Assembly: GCA_965246715.1 (NCBI GenBank)
Contig: CBDFFH010000002.1
Coordinates: forward strand, 32,001-96,000
Reading direction: 5' to 3'
DNA length: 64,000 bases
Source: Chamaesiphon sp.
GTDB lineage: Bacteria; Cyanobacteriota; Cyanobacteriia; Cyanobacteriales; Chamaesiphonaceae
The position numbers and the translations under genes are program-made. Below are positions 42,721 to 53,530 of the stretch, piece by piece. How positions within the stretch are numbered: position 1 is the stretch's first letter; each line of letters opens with the position of its first letter. The notes under the pieces are model-generated. The model was not told the origin of the DNA, did no database searches, and saw only the letters and a program-made list of their open reading frames with translations.

Positions 42721-42748
42721 TTGACGGGAAAAGATCGCGCAAAGTTCC
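42721..42748 (-). promoter_or_regulatory. ECF-sigma-type promoter
   Basis: Minus strand reads GGAACTT-N16-GTCAA, ~135 nt upstream of the beta-barrel gene. Confidence 0.6.
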
Positions 42749-42825
42749 AGGTAAAGTTTTGCGATCGACTTAAATCAGTCGCAAACTTAAACCCAGCGGC
42801 AATTATCAAAAAAAGTGTATCGAGA

Positions 42826-42990
42826 TAATTAACCCAAGTTGCTACCTATAACCAAAGCGGTTAGAAACCGCTCCTCAGATTGCAAAGTCCGCCTTCGCGG
42901 ACTATATAAAGCAGTCCGCGAAGGCGGACTTTGCATCACTAGCCACGATTTCAATCGTAGGCTTTTCGAGGTAACAACTTTGGTTAATTA
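42826..42990. mobile_element. MITE family C carrying the GCCTTCGCGGACT hairpin (empty-site version)
   Basis: Imperfect TIRs TAATTAACCCAAGTTGCTACCT / AGGTAACAACTTTGGTTAATTA. Confidence 0.7.
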
Positions 42991-43037
42991 AATAAGAAAG
43001 GAGGGATGTATATCCCTCTTGTTCTAAGCTCGTGCTC

Positions 43038-45596
43038 CTAAGCCCACTGAATCAAGCCTAACTCATAGGGATTGCTCAGATGTGGGTGGTACGGTAAGAC
43101 TCGTAGTGACAAGCCTTGGAGACCGCTGGCGGAGTAGGCTACCTCGCTCGTGTAGAGGCTATTACCAGCACCATCTTTACCTTGGTAGGTCATCACCGTT
43201 GTGTCGGCATCGGTGATTTTGCCATCTGTATCGACAGCACCTTTATATAATTCGACCCGGACATCAGTGGGTTCGAGGCTGCCGAGCCGAATCAGACTCT
43301 TAACTGCGATCGATTGATTGACGCTGATATCTTCTGGTGCGGAGACATCGACGGTATTAATCTTGAGATCGCTCCAATGCTCGAACATTTTCACTTTCCA
43401 GTGAGCGAGTTCTTTACCTGCTTGGTAGCTATCTTCAGTGACGACGCGATTGCGATCGCTAGCTGGGAAATATCCTTTGTTAGCGTAGTCTCGGAGCATC
43501 CGCGCCGTGTTGAAGGTCGGACAATTGAGCCGGATGGCATCTTTCATCTTCGCGATCCATTTGTGCGGTAAGCCTTCTTTATCGCGATCGTAGAAGAGGG
43601 GGACGATTTCCTGTTCCAAGAGGTCGTAGAAGGAATTTGCTTCGACTTCATCTTGATACTCTTCATCAGAGTAGAGTTCGCCATGACCGATCGGCCAACC
43701 AGTGCGGACGTAATCAGCTTCATCCCACCAACCATCGAGAATACTCAGGTTGGGCAAACCATTCATCGCCGCTTTCATGCCGCTGGTACCAGAGGCTTCA
43801 TGTGGACGGCGCGGGGTATTGAGCCAGATATCACAACCAGCTACCATCACCCGCGAGACGTAGATATCGTAGTCGGGTACAAACACGACCGAATTCATCC
43901 CTTCAGTGCGGGTAAAGTGAACGATATCGCGAATCAGGGCTTTGCCTGGGATATCTTTGGGATGCGCTTTTCCGGCGATCACAAATTGAACTTTGCGTTC
44001 TTTGTTACCAACGAGGATTTTTTTAATCCGATCGAGATTCCGCAGGAATAAGGTCGCCCGTTTATAAGTAGCAAACCGTCGCGCAAAACCGATCGTCAGG
44101 ACACTGGGATCTAATGCTTGGTGAGCGCGATTTGTTTCCGCTAGAGTAGCCCCACGTTCTTTGAGATGGCTGACAATGCGTTCGCGGACGTAGACGACCA
44201 TTTCCGAGCGACTGTGCTCGTGATTGCGCCATAATTCCTCATCGGGAATCGCGTCGATTTTATTCCAGATCGGGTCTTCGATCGATTTCTCTGACCATTC
44301 TGGCCCTAAATAGCGATCGTACAGTTCTTGAACGGATTTGGCGACGCAACTGCGCGCGTGAACGCCATTGGTGATCGACGTGATCGGCACTTCATCGATC
44401 GGGACATCTTTCCACATGTTCTGGAACATTTCCCGCGAAACGACTCCATGCAATTTCGCCACACCATTGACGAAACTAGAAGTTTTCATCGCTAGCGCTG
44501 CCATACTAAATGGCGACGTTAGATCGCCAGTATTTTCCCGTCCCAAACCCATAAACTCATCTTTACCCAGTCCGTAGACATCGGCATAGTGACCGACATA
44601 GTAAATGGTTTTGTCTGGCGGGAATAGATCGAATCCCGCACTGACAGGGGTATGCGTGGTGAAAATCTGGGTGGATTGAGCGATCTGTTTGGCTTCGACA
44701 AATGAGAGCTTATCGCGCTGCATCAGCACCTTGATGTGTTCGAGAATCAAGAAGCCCGAGTGTCCTTCATTCATATGATAGACGCTAGGCTTGTGACCCA
44801 AAGCCTCAAGCGCACGGAAGCCACCGATCCCCAACATGATTTCTTGGTGGATGCGGGTATCTAAGTCACCGCCATAAAGTGCATCGGTAATATCTTGGTC
44901 GTATGCGCTATTTGGCTCAATATTTGTATCGAGTAGATATAGTGGCACTACACCAACTTGAACGCGCCAGACACGAGCGTATACCATCCGTCCGGGATAT
45001 TCCACCGCGATCCGGAGTTCGGATCCGTCAGCTTTGCGTTCTAGTTGAACGGGAATATTGTGAAAGTCGTTAATTGGATAGCGTTCTTGTTGCCAACCAT
45101 CGGCATTTAAGTACTGGGCAAAATAGCCCTTCTGATATAGCAACCCCACTGCCACTAAGGGTAAGCCCAGATCGCTGGCAGATTTAAGATGATCTCCGGC
45201 CAATACACCTAAACCGCCAGAATAAATCGGCAGACAGTCTACCAAGCCAAATTCAGCACAGAAATAAGCGAAGCATTCTTTCCCAACATTGCCAGCGCGC
45301 TGGTGCTTGTACCAACTGCGATCGTGCAAATAGGCATTGAGTTCGCCTGTCGCCCGCTCCATGTGAGCCAAGAATCCATCATCGGCAGCGACTTCTTGCA
45401 AGCGCGCCTGACTCACTCTCGCTAGCATTGCGACTGGATTATGACGGGTAGCTTCCCATAAATCCCGATCGAGTCTTTTAAATAGCTCCTTGATCTCCGT
45501 ATTCCAATCCCAATACAGGTTGTAGGCAAGTAGCCGTAGCGGTTCGAGGGAGGCTGGTATGGAAGGAGAAACATTGAATGTACGAATCGGCTGCAT
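43038..45596 (-). CDS. glgP: Alpha-glucan (glycogen) phosphorylase
   Basis: YSGGLGVLAGD, HMNEGH, ARRFATYKR, GKAHP and EASGTSGMK (PLP lysine) motifs. Confidence 0.96.
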   Translation of the reverse strand: MQPIRTFNVSPSIPASLEPLRLLAYNLYWDWNTEIKELFKRLDRDLWEATRHNPVAMLARVSQARLQEVAADDGFLAHMERATGELNAYLHDRSWYKHQRAGNVGKECFAYFCAEFGLVDCLPIYSGGLGVLAGDHLKSASDLGLPLVAVGLLYQKGYFAQYLNADGWQQERYPINDFHNIPVQLERKADGSELRIAVEYPGRMVYARVWRVQVGVVPLYLLDTNIEPNSAYDQDITDALYGGDLDTRIHQEIMLGIGGFRALEALGHKPSVYHMNEGHSGFLILEHIKVLMQRDKLSFVEAKQIAQSTQIFTTHTPVSAGFDLFPPDKTIYYVGHYADVYGLGKDEFMGLGRENTGDLTSPFSMAALAMKTSSFVNGVAKLHGVVSREMFQNMWKDVPIDEVPITSITNGVHARSCVAKSVQELYDRYLGPEWSEKSIEDPIWNKIDAIPDEELWRNHEHSRSEMVVYVRERIVSHLKERGATLAETNRAHQALDPSVLTIGFARRFATYKRATLFLRNLDRIKKILVGNKERKVQFVIAGKAHPKDIPGKALIRDIVHFTRTEGMNSVVFVPDYDIYVSRVMVAGCDIWLNTPRRPHEASGTSGMKAAMNGLPNLSILDGWWDEADYVRTGWPIGHGELYSDEEYQDEVEANSFYDLLEQEIVPLFYDRDKEGLPHKWIAKMKDAIRLNCPTFNTARMLRDYANKGYFPASDRNRVVTEDSYQAGKELAHWKVKMFEHWSDLKINTVDVSAPEDISVNQSIAVKSLIRLGSLEPTDVRVELYKGAVDTDGKITDADTTVMTYQGKDGAGNSLYTSEVAYSASGLQGLSLRVLPYHPHLSNPYELGLIQWA

Positions 45597-46030
45597 CAAT
45601 AAACTTCCTCGGCAATTAATTCCTCAATCTCTCATTGTGACCTACCTCGGTCGATCGGCACAATTTTCTCCACAATATCTTTACAAGTTCGGGTCGATCT
45701 GCAAATTAGAACACATTTAAGCTTGAGGGCTAGTGTGGATCGTCTGAAAGTGGCAGATCGACCGTCTCGCGATCGCGGATCTATTTTCCAAGTTTAGCCA
45801 ATGACTAGTAATTCTCGCTGTCTAAATGGGTACAAATAAGACAACCTCATCTTAGCTGGCTGTTGAAGCTCGTGCTACCTTCCGCAACACAGAGGCGATG
45901 CCAACGACGTTCGCGATTTATGGATGCAAAGTCAAGCCAATATGCTGAGCCAAAATTTAGTGTTTGTTCGAGCGAACAGATTAAAATGATCGATATAACC
46001 AGACAGAAATCTTCTCACACATCACACTGT

Positions 46031-46513
46031 ATGAAAATCAGCCAATATTTGTCTGTCATCATTGTTGGCAGTGCGATCTGGAGCTGTTTATCTGTTAAAT
46101 CTTCAGCCCAAGGATTCAATCTCAAGTTACCTGGAATGAGTCCGAGTCCAGTAACATCAACACAACAAAAAACTACCATCGCTCAAGCCGATCGAGATGG
46201 TACTGGAAATTCCAATCCTAATAAAGACCTTAGATTGCGCGAAATCGGCATTACCCGCGATAGCTCAGACAAATCGCTGCTAGTGGTAAAAGGCTCGATC
46301 GACAATCGGAGCGATCGCCCGCATTATGTCTACTACATCGTAGCCAAATTTATCTCCAAAGATTCATCGATCAAACAAGCGATCATCCCAGTCAATAGCA
46401 AGATCGAACCAGGCGAATCAGCACAGTTCAACCATGAAATCTCCACAGAGAGTATCAACTCGCTTGCTCCTGAGACAGTCAAACCTGTGGTGGTGAAGTA
46501 CGAGTATCGCTAG
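46031..46513 (+). CDS. Exported protein with Ig-like (FxLYD-like) domain
   Basis: Signal peptide and V.G...N.S...IEPGE...F pattern. Confidence 0.65.
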   Translation: MKISQYLSVIIVGSAIWSCLSVKSSAQGFNLKLPGMSPSPVTSTQQKTTIAQADRDGTGNSNPNKDLRLREIGITRDSSDKSLLVVKGSIDNRSDRPHYVYYIVAKFISKDSSIKQAIIPVNSKIEPGESAQFNHEISTESINSLAPETVKPVVVKYEYR

Positions 46514-46625
46514 GGATTAGGGGATAGGGGATAGGCTTTAGTAGTCAATAACAACCACAAGATTAATTTTCTCAGACGAGTGTTCTTGTCTAATTCCTAG
46601 TCCCTAATCCTTACGCCCTAATCAG

Positions 46626-47063
46626 CTAATAACCTAGCGCTTTAAGAATGTCACTGGCATGAGTGTCGGTTTTGACGCTTGTATCGATGTGGACGATGTT
46701 ACCCGTTTCATCGATCGCATAAGTTACGCGCTTGGCATAGCCACCACCATCGACATCATAAGCCGCAATGATATCACCGTTAGTATCGGCTAATAGGGGA
46801 AAGGGGAGATTAAATTTCTCAGTAAATGCTTGGTGAGATGACTCATCATCTTTGCTCACACCCAGAATGACAATCCCCTTGTCTTGATACATGGAATAGT
46901 TGTCCCGAAAGCTACAAGCTTGCTTGGTACAACCAGGAGTATCATCTTTGGGGTAAAAGTACATCACGACTTTTTTACCTGCCAACCCAGACAGCGTGAC
47001 AGTATTGCCAGCGGTATCTTTAACGCTAAAATCCGGAGCTTTGGTGCCGACAGCTAGAGCCAT
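46626..47063 (-). CDS. bcp: Peroxiredoxin Q / BCP
   Basis: FYPKDDTPGCTKQACSFRD motif. Confidence 0.93.
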   Translation of the reverse strand: MALAVGTKAPDFSVKDTAGNTVTLSGLAGKKVVMYFYPKDDTPGCTKQACSFRDNYSMYQDKGIVILGVSKDDESSHQAFTEKFNLPFPLLADTNGDIIAAYDVDGGGYAKRVTYAIDETGNIVHIDTSVKTDTHASDILKALGY

Positions 47064-47363
47064 GAGATAATTTCCCTGTAAAAGTTTACGATCGATCCTA
47101 TCGTTTACCTTAGAGCATTTCGATCGATTTTAACAGCTCGATCGGGATGGATATGCGGATTGTAGCGATCTTTACTGGCGATCGACACCTGCTACAGGTT
47201 AATCGTCCGCGCCGTGCACACAGAATATCGATAGTGTAACTGCGATTGCGATCGCCAGCTACAATCCACAACAGTTACACTTTCTGTATTATTCGTTAAG
47301 AATACTTATCTTTGTCGACTAGATGGGCATAATCGAATGTAAGCATATCTATTAGCTATCAGG

Positions 47364-48263
47364 ATGCCGCCACAAATGAAATTGACATCTTTGGGAACGA
47401 TCGCTATCGCATTAAGTGGGATTATAGCTGCTGGGGGGACGATCGATCGCGCCAACGCGACAACAATTACGCTCTATGATGGTGCCGCAAACACTACACC
47501 CGATAATTTTTCACCGCAATATCTAAATTTTTTTAGTACTGGTGGCACCCAAACTCCTGGTGGCGGCGTAACTACATTAGATACGAGCGGTGCTGAATCA
47601 CTCCAAGCTGGTTATACCAATTACAACATTTTGGTTAATCCCCTGGTAAATCCGCCGACAGTGAGCTTGACTTCTTTTGTAAATCCGCTATTTCCAATAT
47701 TGGATAGTAATGCTGGATACACGCTCAGCTTCACCATCAACATTAACTCACAAACTAATAATGGCGTAAATGGAGCGAATCGGGCGGGGTTTAGCGCGAT
47801 CGTGTTGGATAATAATCGCAAAGGCATCGAGATCGGATTTAGAAATTCTGATATCTTCGCTCAAACCAGTGCTAATTTTAACTCCATTTCTCCGCTAGAG
47901 CAAAAAACAGCTAGTTTAAATTTACTCTCTAATTCAAACACTTACGATTTAACTGTATTAGGCAATAATTATTCATTAACTAATGCTGGCAATATTCTAT
48001 TTACTGGTTTGCTCAGAGATTATACTGCTGCTATAAATCCAACAAATCCGTTAACCAGTGTTTATGGAACTGCTAATTTTCTATTCTTGGGAGACGATAC
48101 AACTTCGGCTGGTGCCAGTGTGAACATCCAGAAGATCGCGCTCACAACGAATACTCCCGTGCCAGAACCGAGCGGGTTAATTGGTTCGAGCCTAGCGATC
48201 GGATTTGTGGCGATGCTCAAGCGCAAATTGAATAGAGCTAGCAAGAAAGCTTCAGTCGAATAA
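47364..48263 (+). CDS. PEP-CTERM exported protein
   Basis: Signal peptide; C-terminal VPEPS, TM segment and basic tail. Confidence 0.88.
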   Translation: MPPQMKLTSLGTIAIALSGIIAAGGTIDRANATTITLYDGAANTTPDNFSPQYLNFFSTGGTQTPGGGVTTLDTSGAESLQAGYTNYNILVNPLVNPPTVSLTSFVNPLFPILDSNAGYTLSFTININSQTNNGVNGANRAGFSAIVLDNNRKGIEIGFRNSDIFAQTSANFNSISPLEQKTASLNLLSNSNTYDLTVLGNNYSLTNAGNILFTGLLRDYTAAINPTNPLTSVYGTANFLFLGDDTTSAGASVNIQKIALTTNTPVPEPSGLIGSSLAIGFVAMLKRKLNRASKKASVE

Positions 48264-48350
48264 AAGGAATATTGCCATGCTACTTAAAAGAAAACGATCG
48301 GCATCATCGATCGTGTTCTTTTAAACAGGTTAGGTTGTATTGAGAAAATG

Positions 48351-48458
48351 TAAGTAGCTAGGCGCAAATATTTATTAGATAGAAACTGCGTAAAACCTAG
48401 ATGGTGGGCAGTGCCCACCCTACGCAATATTTTATATTTAATTACGCCTAGCTACTTA
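48351..48458. mobile_element. MITE family D (108 bp) carrying a REP-like palindrome
   Basis: 14-bp TIRs TAAGTAGCTAGGCG / CGCCTAGCTACTTA; internal GGTGGGCAGTGCCCACCCTAC (48403-48423) is the inverse of 811-830. Confidence 0.8.
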
Positions 48459-48569
48459 GCTGTTGCTACGATTAATTTAGTCGATCGATAATCACCGCAC
48501 GGCTGAATTAGTAAAAATTCCGAATAAATGTTATATTTATTAGCTGTAAACAATCGCTATTAGCTAAAT

Positions 48570-49304
48570 TTGTCCTCTGCTTATTTATTAGTCTCACACG
48601 GGAGTCGCGATCCGCGCCCTCAAGTTGCTGTCGATCGATTGGCACAGCAATTAAGCCTCTATCTGCAACAGTTTTCACCAGTAGCTGCGCCAGTTATCGT
48701 GGCGACGGCACAATTAGAATTAGCTGACAAACCCTTACACCGTCAGATCCAAGATTTTGCCGGTAACTGGATGGCGCAGGGGGTCGATCGAATCGTCCTG
48801 TTACCACTATTTCTGCTTCCTGGCGTTCATGTTATGGACGATATTCCCGCAGAAGTCGCTATTGCCGAGCGAGAGCTGAACGAGCGGCTAAAATTAACTG
48901 TGGCACCCTTTCTGGGTTCTGCGCCGAATCTCGTCGATTTGTTCGCACAGAACCGTTCCGATCTGCCCAAATCGACTACAATTTTAGCTCACGGTAGTCG
49001 GCGAGCGGCTGGTAATACCACGGTCGAGCGACTAGCGACTAGTTTAGATGTGGAAATAGCTTATTGGTCGATCGAGCCGAGCTTGACTGAGCGAGTAAAG
49101 GAATTAATCGATCGTGGTGTGACAGAAATCGGGATCTTACCTTATTTTTTATTTACAGGTGGCATTACCGATGCAATCGTCGAGTTGGTGACAAATTTAA
49201 GCCAGCAGTTTCCACGGATAAAATTAACTCTTCAAGAGCCAATCGGTAATAGTCCGAGATTAGTAAAGACGCTCTATGAAATATTAGTATCGATCGACAA
49301 TTAA
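48570..49304 (+). CDS. Sirohydrochlorin chelatase (CbiX/SirB family)
   Basis: Two HGSR halves and PLFLLPGVHV; next to cobA; TTG start. Confidence 0.85.
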   Translation: MSSAYLLVSHGSRDPRPQVAVDRLAQQLSLYLQQFSPVAAPVIVATAQLELADKPLHRQIQDFAGNWMAQGVDRIVLLPLFLLPGVHVMDDIPAEVAIAERELNERLKLTVAPFLGSAPNLVDLFAQNRSDLPKSTTILAHGSRRAAGNTTVERLATSLDVEIAYWSIEPSLTERVKELIDRGVTEIGILPYFLFTGGITDAIVELVTNLSQQFPRIKLTLQEPIGNSPRLVKTLYEILVSIDN

Positions 49305-49431
49305 TTATTTATCAATACTGCGATTCTCTTCTGCTATAGACAGAACAGGCAATCTAAAATCCGCTTTCGATGCGCTTTCCGACGACGGAAAAAGTGCATC
49401 GCCAAATCCAAAATCCAAAATCCAAAATCGA

Positions 49432-50229
49432 ATGACAGAGATAATTGGTAAAGTCTATTTAGTCGGTGCAGGGCCTGGAGATCCAGGCTTATTGACGATC
49501 AAGGGTAAAGTCTTATTAGAGTCAGCTGATGTAGTGATCTATGATGCTTTAGTCAGTCCAGAAATTATTGCGATAATCTCCCCGCATGCCGAGAAAATCG
49601 ATGCAGGTAAGCGGATGGGACGGCACTCATTGTTGCAGAATCAAACCACCGAATTATTAATTGAAAAAGCCCACGAACATGCTGTTGTCGTGCGGCTCAA
49701 AGGTGGAGATCCATTTATCTTTGGGCGTGGTGGTGAAGAAATGGAAGATCTGATCGCCGCAGGTGTATCGGTTGAAGTGGTGCCTGGTGTCACCTCGGGC
49801 ATTGCTGCGCCAGCCTACGCTGGCATCCCGCTGACCCATCGGAATTATAGTTCTTCGGTAACTTTCGTAACCGGGCACGAAATGGCTGGTAAGTACCGTC
49901 CTGGGGTCAATTGGCGCGCGATCGCACACAGCGCTGAAACTCTGGTAGTTTACATGGGCGTTCATAATCTCGATCGGATTACTAACGAGCTGATCGCAGC
50001 GGGACTGGATCCCGATACCCCAATCGCCCTCGTGCGCTGGGGTACGACACCCCAACAACAAGAATTAATCGCTACCTTAGCAACGATCGTCGCCCAAATC
50101 GAGAGCCATCAATTTGCAGCACCCGCGATCGCGGTTATTGGTAATGTAGTGAAGCTGCACGATCGACTCGGACGCCTAAACAATCCTCAAGAAATCGCCG
50201 CGCAATTAGCAGACTTGTCGCGAGGCTAG
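49432..50229 (+). CDS. cobA: Uroporphyrinogen-III C-methyltransferase
   Basis: [26 protein letters not shown] and PLTHR motifs. Confidence 0.95.
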   Translation: MTEIIGKVYLVGAGPGDPGLLTIKGKVLLESADVVIYDALVSPEIIAIISPHAEKIDAGKRMGRHSLLQNQTTELLIEKAHEHAVVVRLKGGDPFIFGRGGEEMEDLIAAGVSVEVVPGVTSGIAAPAYAGIPLTHRNYSSSVTFVTGHEMAGKYRPGVNWRAIAHSAETLVVYMGVHNLDRITNELIAAGLDPDTPIALVRWGTTPQQQELIATLATIVAQIESHQFAAPAIAVIGNVVKLHDRLGRLNNPQEIAAQLADLSRG

Positions 50230-50418
50230 TTTTTCAAAATGCGCTTGAGTCTGATGTAAAAATATTTCGCGACTGTCCACTGCATTAGTTAGTGTCGGAA
50301 CTAAATTGCGAGCTTGAAGTGCCATATGCATTTGGAGGTGGGCTACATAGTCACTCATTTCTTCACCTGCTGCTAGGTGTGAATCTAGGGCAGTCTGGGC
50401 GAAATTGTTCTCCATCAC
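50206..50418 (-). CDS. Small hypothetical protein
   Basis: YVAHLQMHMALQARNLVP; 3' end overlaps the cobA end by 24 bp. Confidence 0.6.
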   Translation of the reverse strand: MMENNFAQTALDSHLAAGEEMSDYVAHLQMHMALQARNLVPTLTNAVDSREIFLHQTQAHFEKLASRQVC

Positions 50419-50636
50419 CGATTACTCTTACAAATTAAGATCTGATAACTTCTATATATCCCAAAAGTTATCATACCTTATCGATTCCCTTCAAACTTTG
50501 CAACGAAGTTTAACAAACCCAAGTTGCTAGCTAGAGCTGACAGGACGACCGATCGAGAACTATCGATCGCTCCTGACGGTACTCCCACTCTCCATTATGA
50601 TAGTGGTTGATACCACGAGCGCAATTTGAATTGAGT

Positions 50637-51599
50637 ATGAAATGGCTGAAACGGCATCTTGGTAATATTACAATTGTTGCCGTCGTCATTGTGGGGATTC
50701 GGTTCGGACAGGAATTGCAAGACTGGAGTAAGCTGCTCCAATACGAAGCACCGCCCCAAGTTGCCAAACTCGCTACGACTACGACAATGACCGATAGCGC
50801 CCGCCAGATATTCTATCTCAACCAACCCACGATCGAAAGTCGCAAGTCTGCGCTCAATCTCTGTAAAAGTACCGAACATACCGTAGTACTGGGCTGCTAT
50901 GTGCCGAACAAAGGCATCTTTCTCCAAGAAGTTTCCGATCCGCGATTACAAGGAGTAATGGAAGTTACTGCCGCGCATGAAATGCTTCATGCCGCCTATC
51001 AGCGGATGTCACTATTGGAGCAAACACAACTCAACAAACAATTACAATCGGCACTCCAGCAACTTCAAAATTCGCGGATCGTCCAATTGATCGAGACATA
51101 TCGGGCACAAGATCCCAACTCTGTCGATAATGAATTACACTCAATTTTAGGTACGGAAGTCCAAAATCTCAGTCCCGAACTAGAAGAGCATTACCGTAAA
51201 TATTTTACACAGCGATCGACGATCGTTGCTTTATCCGAGCGCTATGAAAGTGTATTTACCGCACTCCGCGAGAAAGCCAAACAGCTTGGCAAACAGTTAG
51301 TTTCCCGCAAATCGGCAATAGAACAGTTAGCCGCACAGGTAAAAAGTGAATCTGAAAACATCGAATCAGAACGATCGAGTCTCCAAGGTGCGATCTCTGC
51401 CAATACCCAAGTAGACTATAGTTTCCGCGTCACTAGTTTTAACAATCGAGTCCAAAGTTACAATCAACTAGTCGCTCGGCTCAAAGAGCAGACCGCTACC
51501 TACAATCAAATGGTCACCGAGCATAATTCACTCGCACTCGAAGAGAAATCATTAGTTGAGTCCCTGCAAAATAAAACATCGCAACAGATTGCGAGATAA
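50637..51599 (+). CDS. Putative Zn-metallopeptidase with C-terminal coiled coil
   Basis: N-terminal TM segment, AAHEMLH (HExxH), ELHS.LGTE and heptad-rich tail. Confidence 0.75.
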   Translation: MKWLKRHLGNITIVAVVIVGIRFGQELQDWSKLLQYEAPPQVAKLATTTTMTDSARQIFYLNQPTIESRKSALNLCKSTEHTVVLGCYVPNKGIFLQEVSDPRLQGVMEVTAAHEMLHAAYQRMSLLEQTQLNKQLQSALQQLQNSRIVQLIETYRAQDPNSVDNELHSILGTEVQNLSPELEEHYRKYFTQRSTIVALSERYESVFTALREKAKQLGKQLVSRKSAIEQLAAQVKSESENIESERSSLQGAISANTQVDYSFRVTSFNNRVQSYNQLVARLKEQTATYNQMVTEHNSLALEEKSLVESLQNKTSQQIAR

Positions 51600-51606
51600 T
51601 CTACTC

Positions 51607-52731
51607 ATGTTATTTTCGCAGGTAGAACAGTTGGATCGTCTAATTACCATCGCCCAAAAATTTGCCACACCCGGACAGGTAACAGCAGTTCGTGCCTTTG
51701 GGAGTGGCAATATCAATGATACATTTCTCGTCACTGTAGAAAACGGGACAGAATCTTGCTTTGTGCTGCAACGGATCAATACTCATGTGTTTGCGCAGCC
51801 AGCACTGGTAATGCAGAATATGTGCATCTTCACACAGCATATCAGCGACAAATTGCAATCTGCGCAGCCGGAACTCGATCGCCGTTGGGCGGTACCGCGA
51901 GTATTATTGACAGTAGACTTGCAAGACCATTGGGTCGAACCCGATCGGAGTTATTGGCGATCGATTAGTTTTATCGATGGCTCGGAATCGATCGATCTCA
52001 TCCAAGATATCGCACATGGACGCGAGGTGGGTTATGCACTTGGGAGATTTCATCATTTGATTAGCGATCTCGATCCCGATCGATTGGCGGATACGCTAGT
52101 AGGATTTCATATCACCCCACAATATCTCCAGCATTATCATCGGGTGCTGCCAACCTATTCGGGAGCGGTAGATCCACAAGTAGATTATTGCCTTAAATTC
52201 GTCGAGAACCGTCAGGAATGGGCACAAGTTCTCGAACAAGCCAAAGATGAGGGCAAGTTACCTTTACGTCCGATTCACGGCGATCCAAAGGTAAATAACG
52301 TAATGATCTGTACCACCACTCAGCAAGCAATCGGGATTATCGATCTCGATACTGTCAAGCCAGGGCTGGTACACTACGATATCGGCGACTGCTTGCGATC
52401 GGGTTGCAATCCCCTCGGTGAAGAGACTAAAGAGTGGGAAAGCGTGAGGTTTGACACTCACATGTGTCGAGCGATTTTAGAAGGCTATCTCTCTCAAGCC
52501 AGCGGCTTTCTGACAGATCGAGACTATGAGTATCTGTTCGATGGAATTCGCTTACTTGCCTTTGAATTAGGATTGCGGTTTTTTACCGACTATTTAGCTG
52601 GAAATGTCTATTTTAAAGTCACATATCCGACGCACAATCTCGATCGAGCGTTAGTCCAATTTAAACTCACTGAAAGCATCGAAGCCCAAGAATCAACAAT
52701 TAGAGCGATTATTGAGGAGTTGCGCGGATGA
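51607..52731 (+). CDS. Aminoglycoside-phosphotransferase-family (N-acetylhexosamine-kinase-like) enzyme
   Basis: GNINDTF, HGDPKVNN and IDLDTV motifs. Confidence 0.88.
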   Translation: MLFSQVEQLDRLITIAQKFATPGQVTAVRAFGSGNINDTFLVTVENGTESCFVLQRINTHVFAQPALVMQNMCIFTQHISDKLQSAQPELDRRWAVPRVLLTVDLQDHWVEPDRSYWRSISFIDGSESIDLIQDIAHGREVGYALGRFHHLISDLDPDRLADTLVGFHITPQYLQHYHRVLPTYSGAVDPQVDYCLKFVENRQEWAQVLEQAKDEGKLPLRPIHGDPKVNNVMICTTTQQAIGIIDLDTVKPGLVHYDIGDCLRSGCNPLGEETKEWESVRFDTHMCRAILEGYLSQASGFLTDRDYEYLFDGIRLLAFELGLRFFTDYLAGNVYFKVTYPTHNLDRALVQFKLTESIEAQESTIRAIIEELRG

Positions 52732-53285
52732 ATAGCTTTCTACTCAAACCTTTTCCCACGGCCAATTCCTTGCCAGCGATGCTCGTTCCGAGCGGCTTTG
52801 CCAACGAGATTAATGTGACGATCGATCGACAAGATGGGATGTTATCGATCGAGTATCGATTGAGTGGCGATCTAACCGCCTTAGAAATCGCACCACTAGC
52901 AGCAGTACCCACTCGCAAAGACAAACTCTGGGAAACTACATGTTTTGAATTCTTTTTGGGTATTCCTGGCGATCGAAATTATTGGGAATTTAATCTTTCG
53001 CCATCTGGCGATTGGAATATCTTTCATCTCGATGATTATCGTCAGGGGTTACGAGAAGAATTAGCATTTAGATCGTTGCCCTTGAAGATCGCTCGACAAC
53101 CCAATTTATTATCGCTAGGATTGGAATTAGATTTAAGTAAAATTGTTGCAGTGGAAAGATCGATCGAGGTTTCGATCGCCACAGTAATTAAACCTCGTCG
53201 TGGAGAGACTAGTTATTGGGCATCGACTCATTGCGGTGCAGTAGCAGATTTTCATCTACGGGATAGTTTTATGATTCGGAAATAA
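52728..53285 (+). CDS. DOMON-like domain protein
   Basis: LWETTCFEFF, YWEFNLSPSGDW and DFH motifs; ATGA overlap with the upstream kinase. Confidence 0.82.
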   Translation: MNSFLLKPFPTANSLPAMLVPSGFANEINVTIDRQDGMLSIEYRLSGDLTALEIAPLAAVPTRKDKLWETTCFEFFLGIPGDRNYWEFNLSPSGDWNIFHLDDYRQGLREELAFRSLPLKIARQPNLLSLGLELDLSKIVAVERSIEVSIATVIKPRRGETSYWASTHCGAVADFHLRDSFMIRK

Positions 53286-53530
53286 TTTAGAGACAAATTT
53301 CGATCGATAGTATACTGCTAAAAATTAGACCGCTTGTGTGAATAGGGGAACGCTGGAGATGTTTGTGAATTTAAGCGATGAAAATTGCTTCAGAGCATTC
53401 TATAATCATAATCAGGATTTCTTCACTAATTATATTTATTTGCCTTAGTATGCTCGATCTGGTGTCGATCGATCGTACTAAGTAATGAAAAGCCGATTTC
53501 CATTGCTTTCACAATTATATGAAAGCGGAG

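Noticed and set aside
45860..45960. Possible riboswitch in the glgP-divergent leader
   Set aside because: No complete match to any riboswitch consensus I can verify by eye; it needs an Rfam/Infernal scan.
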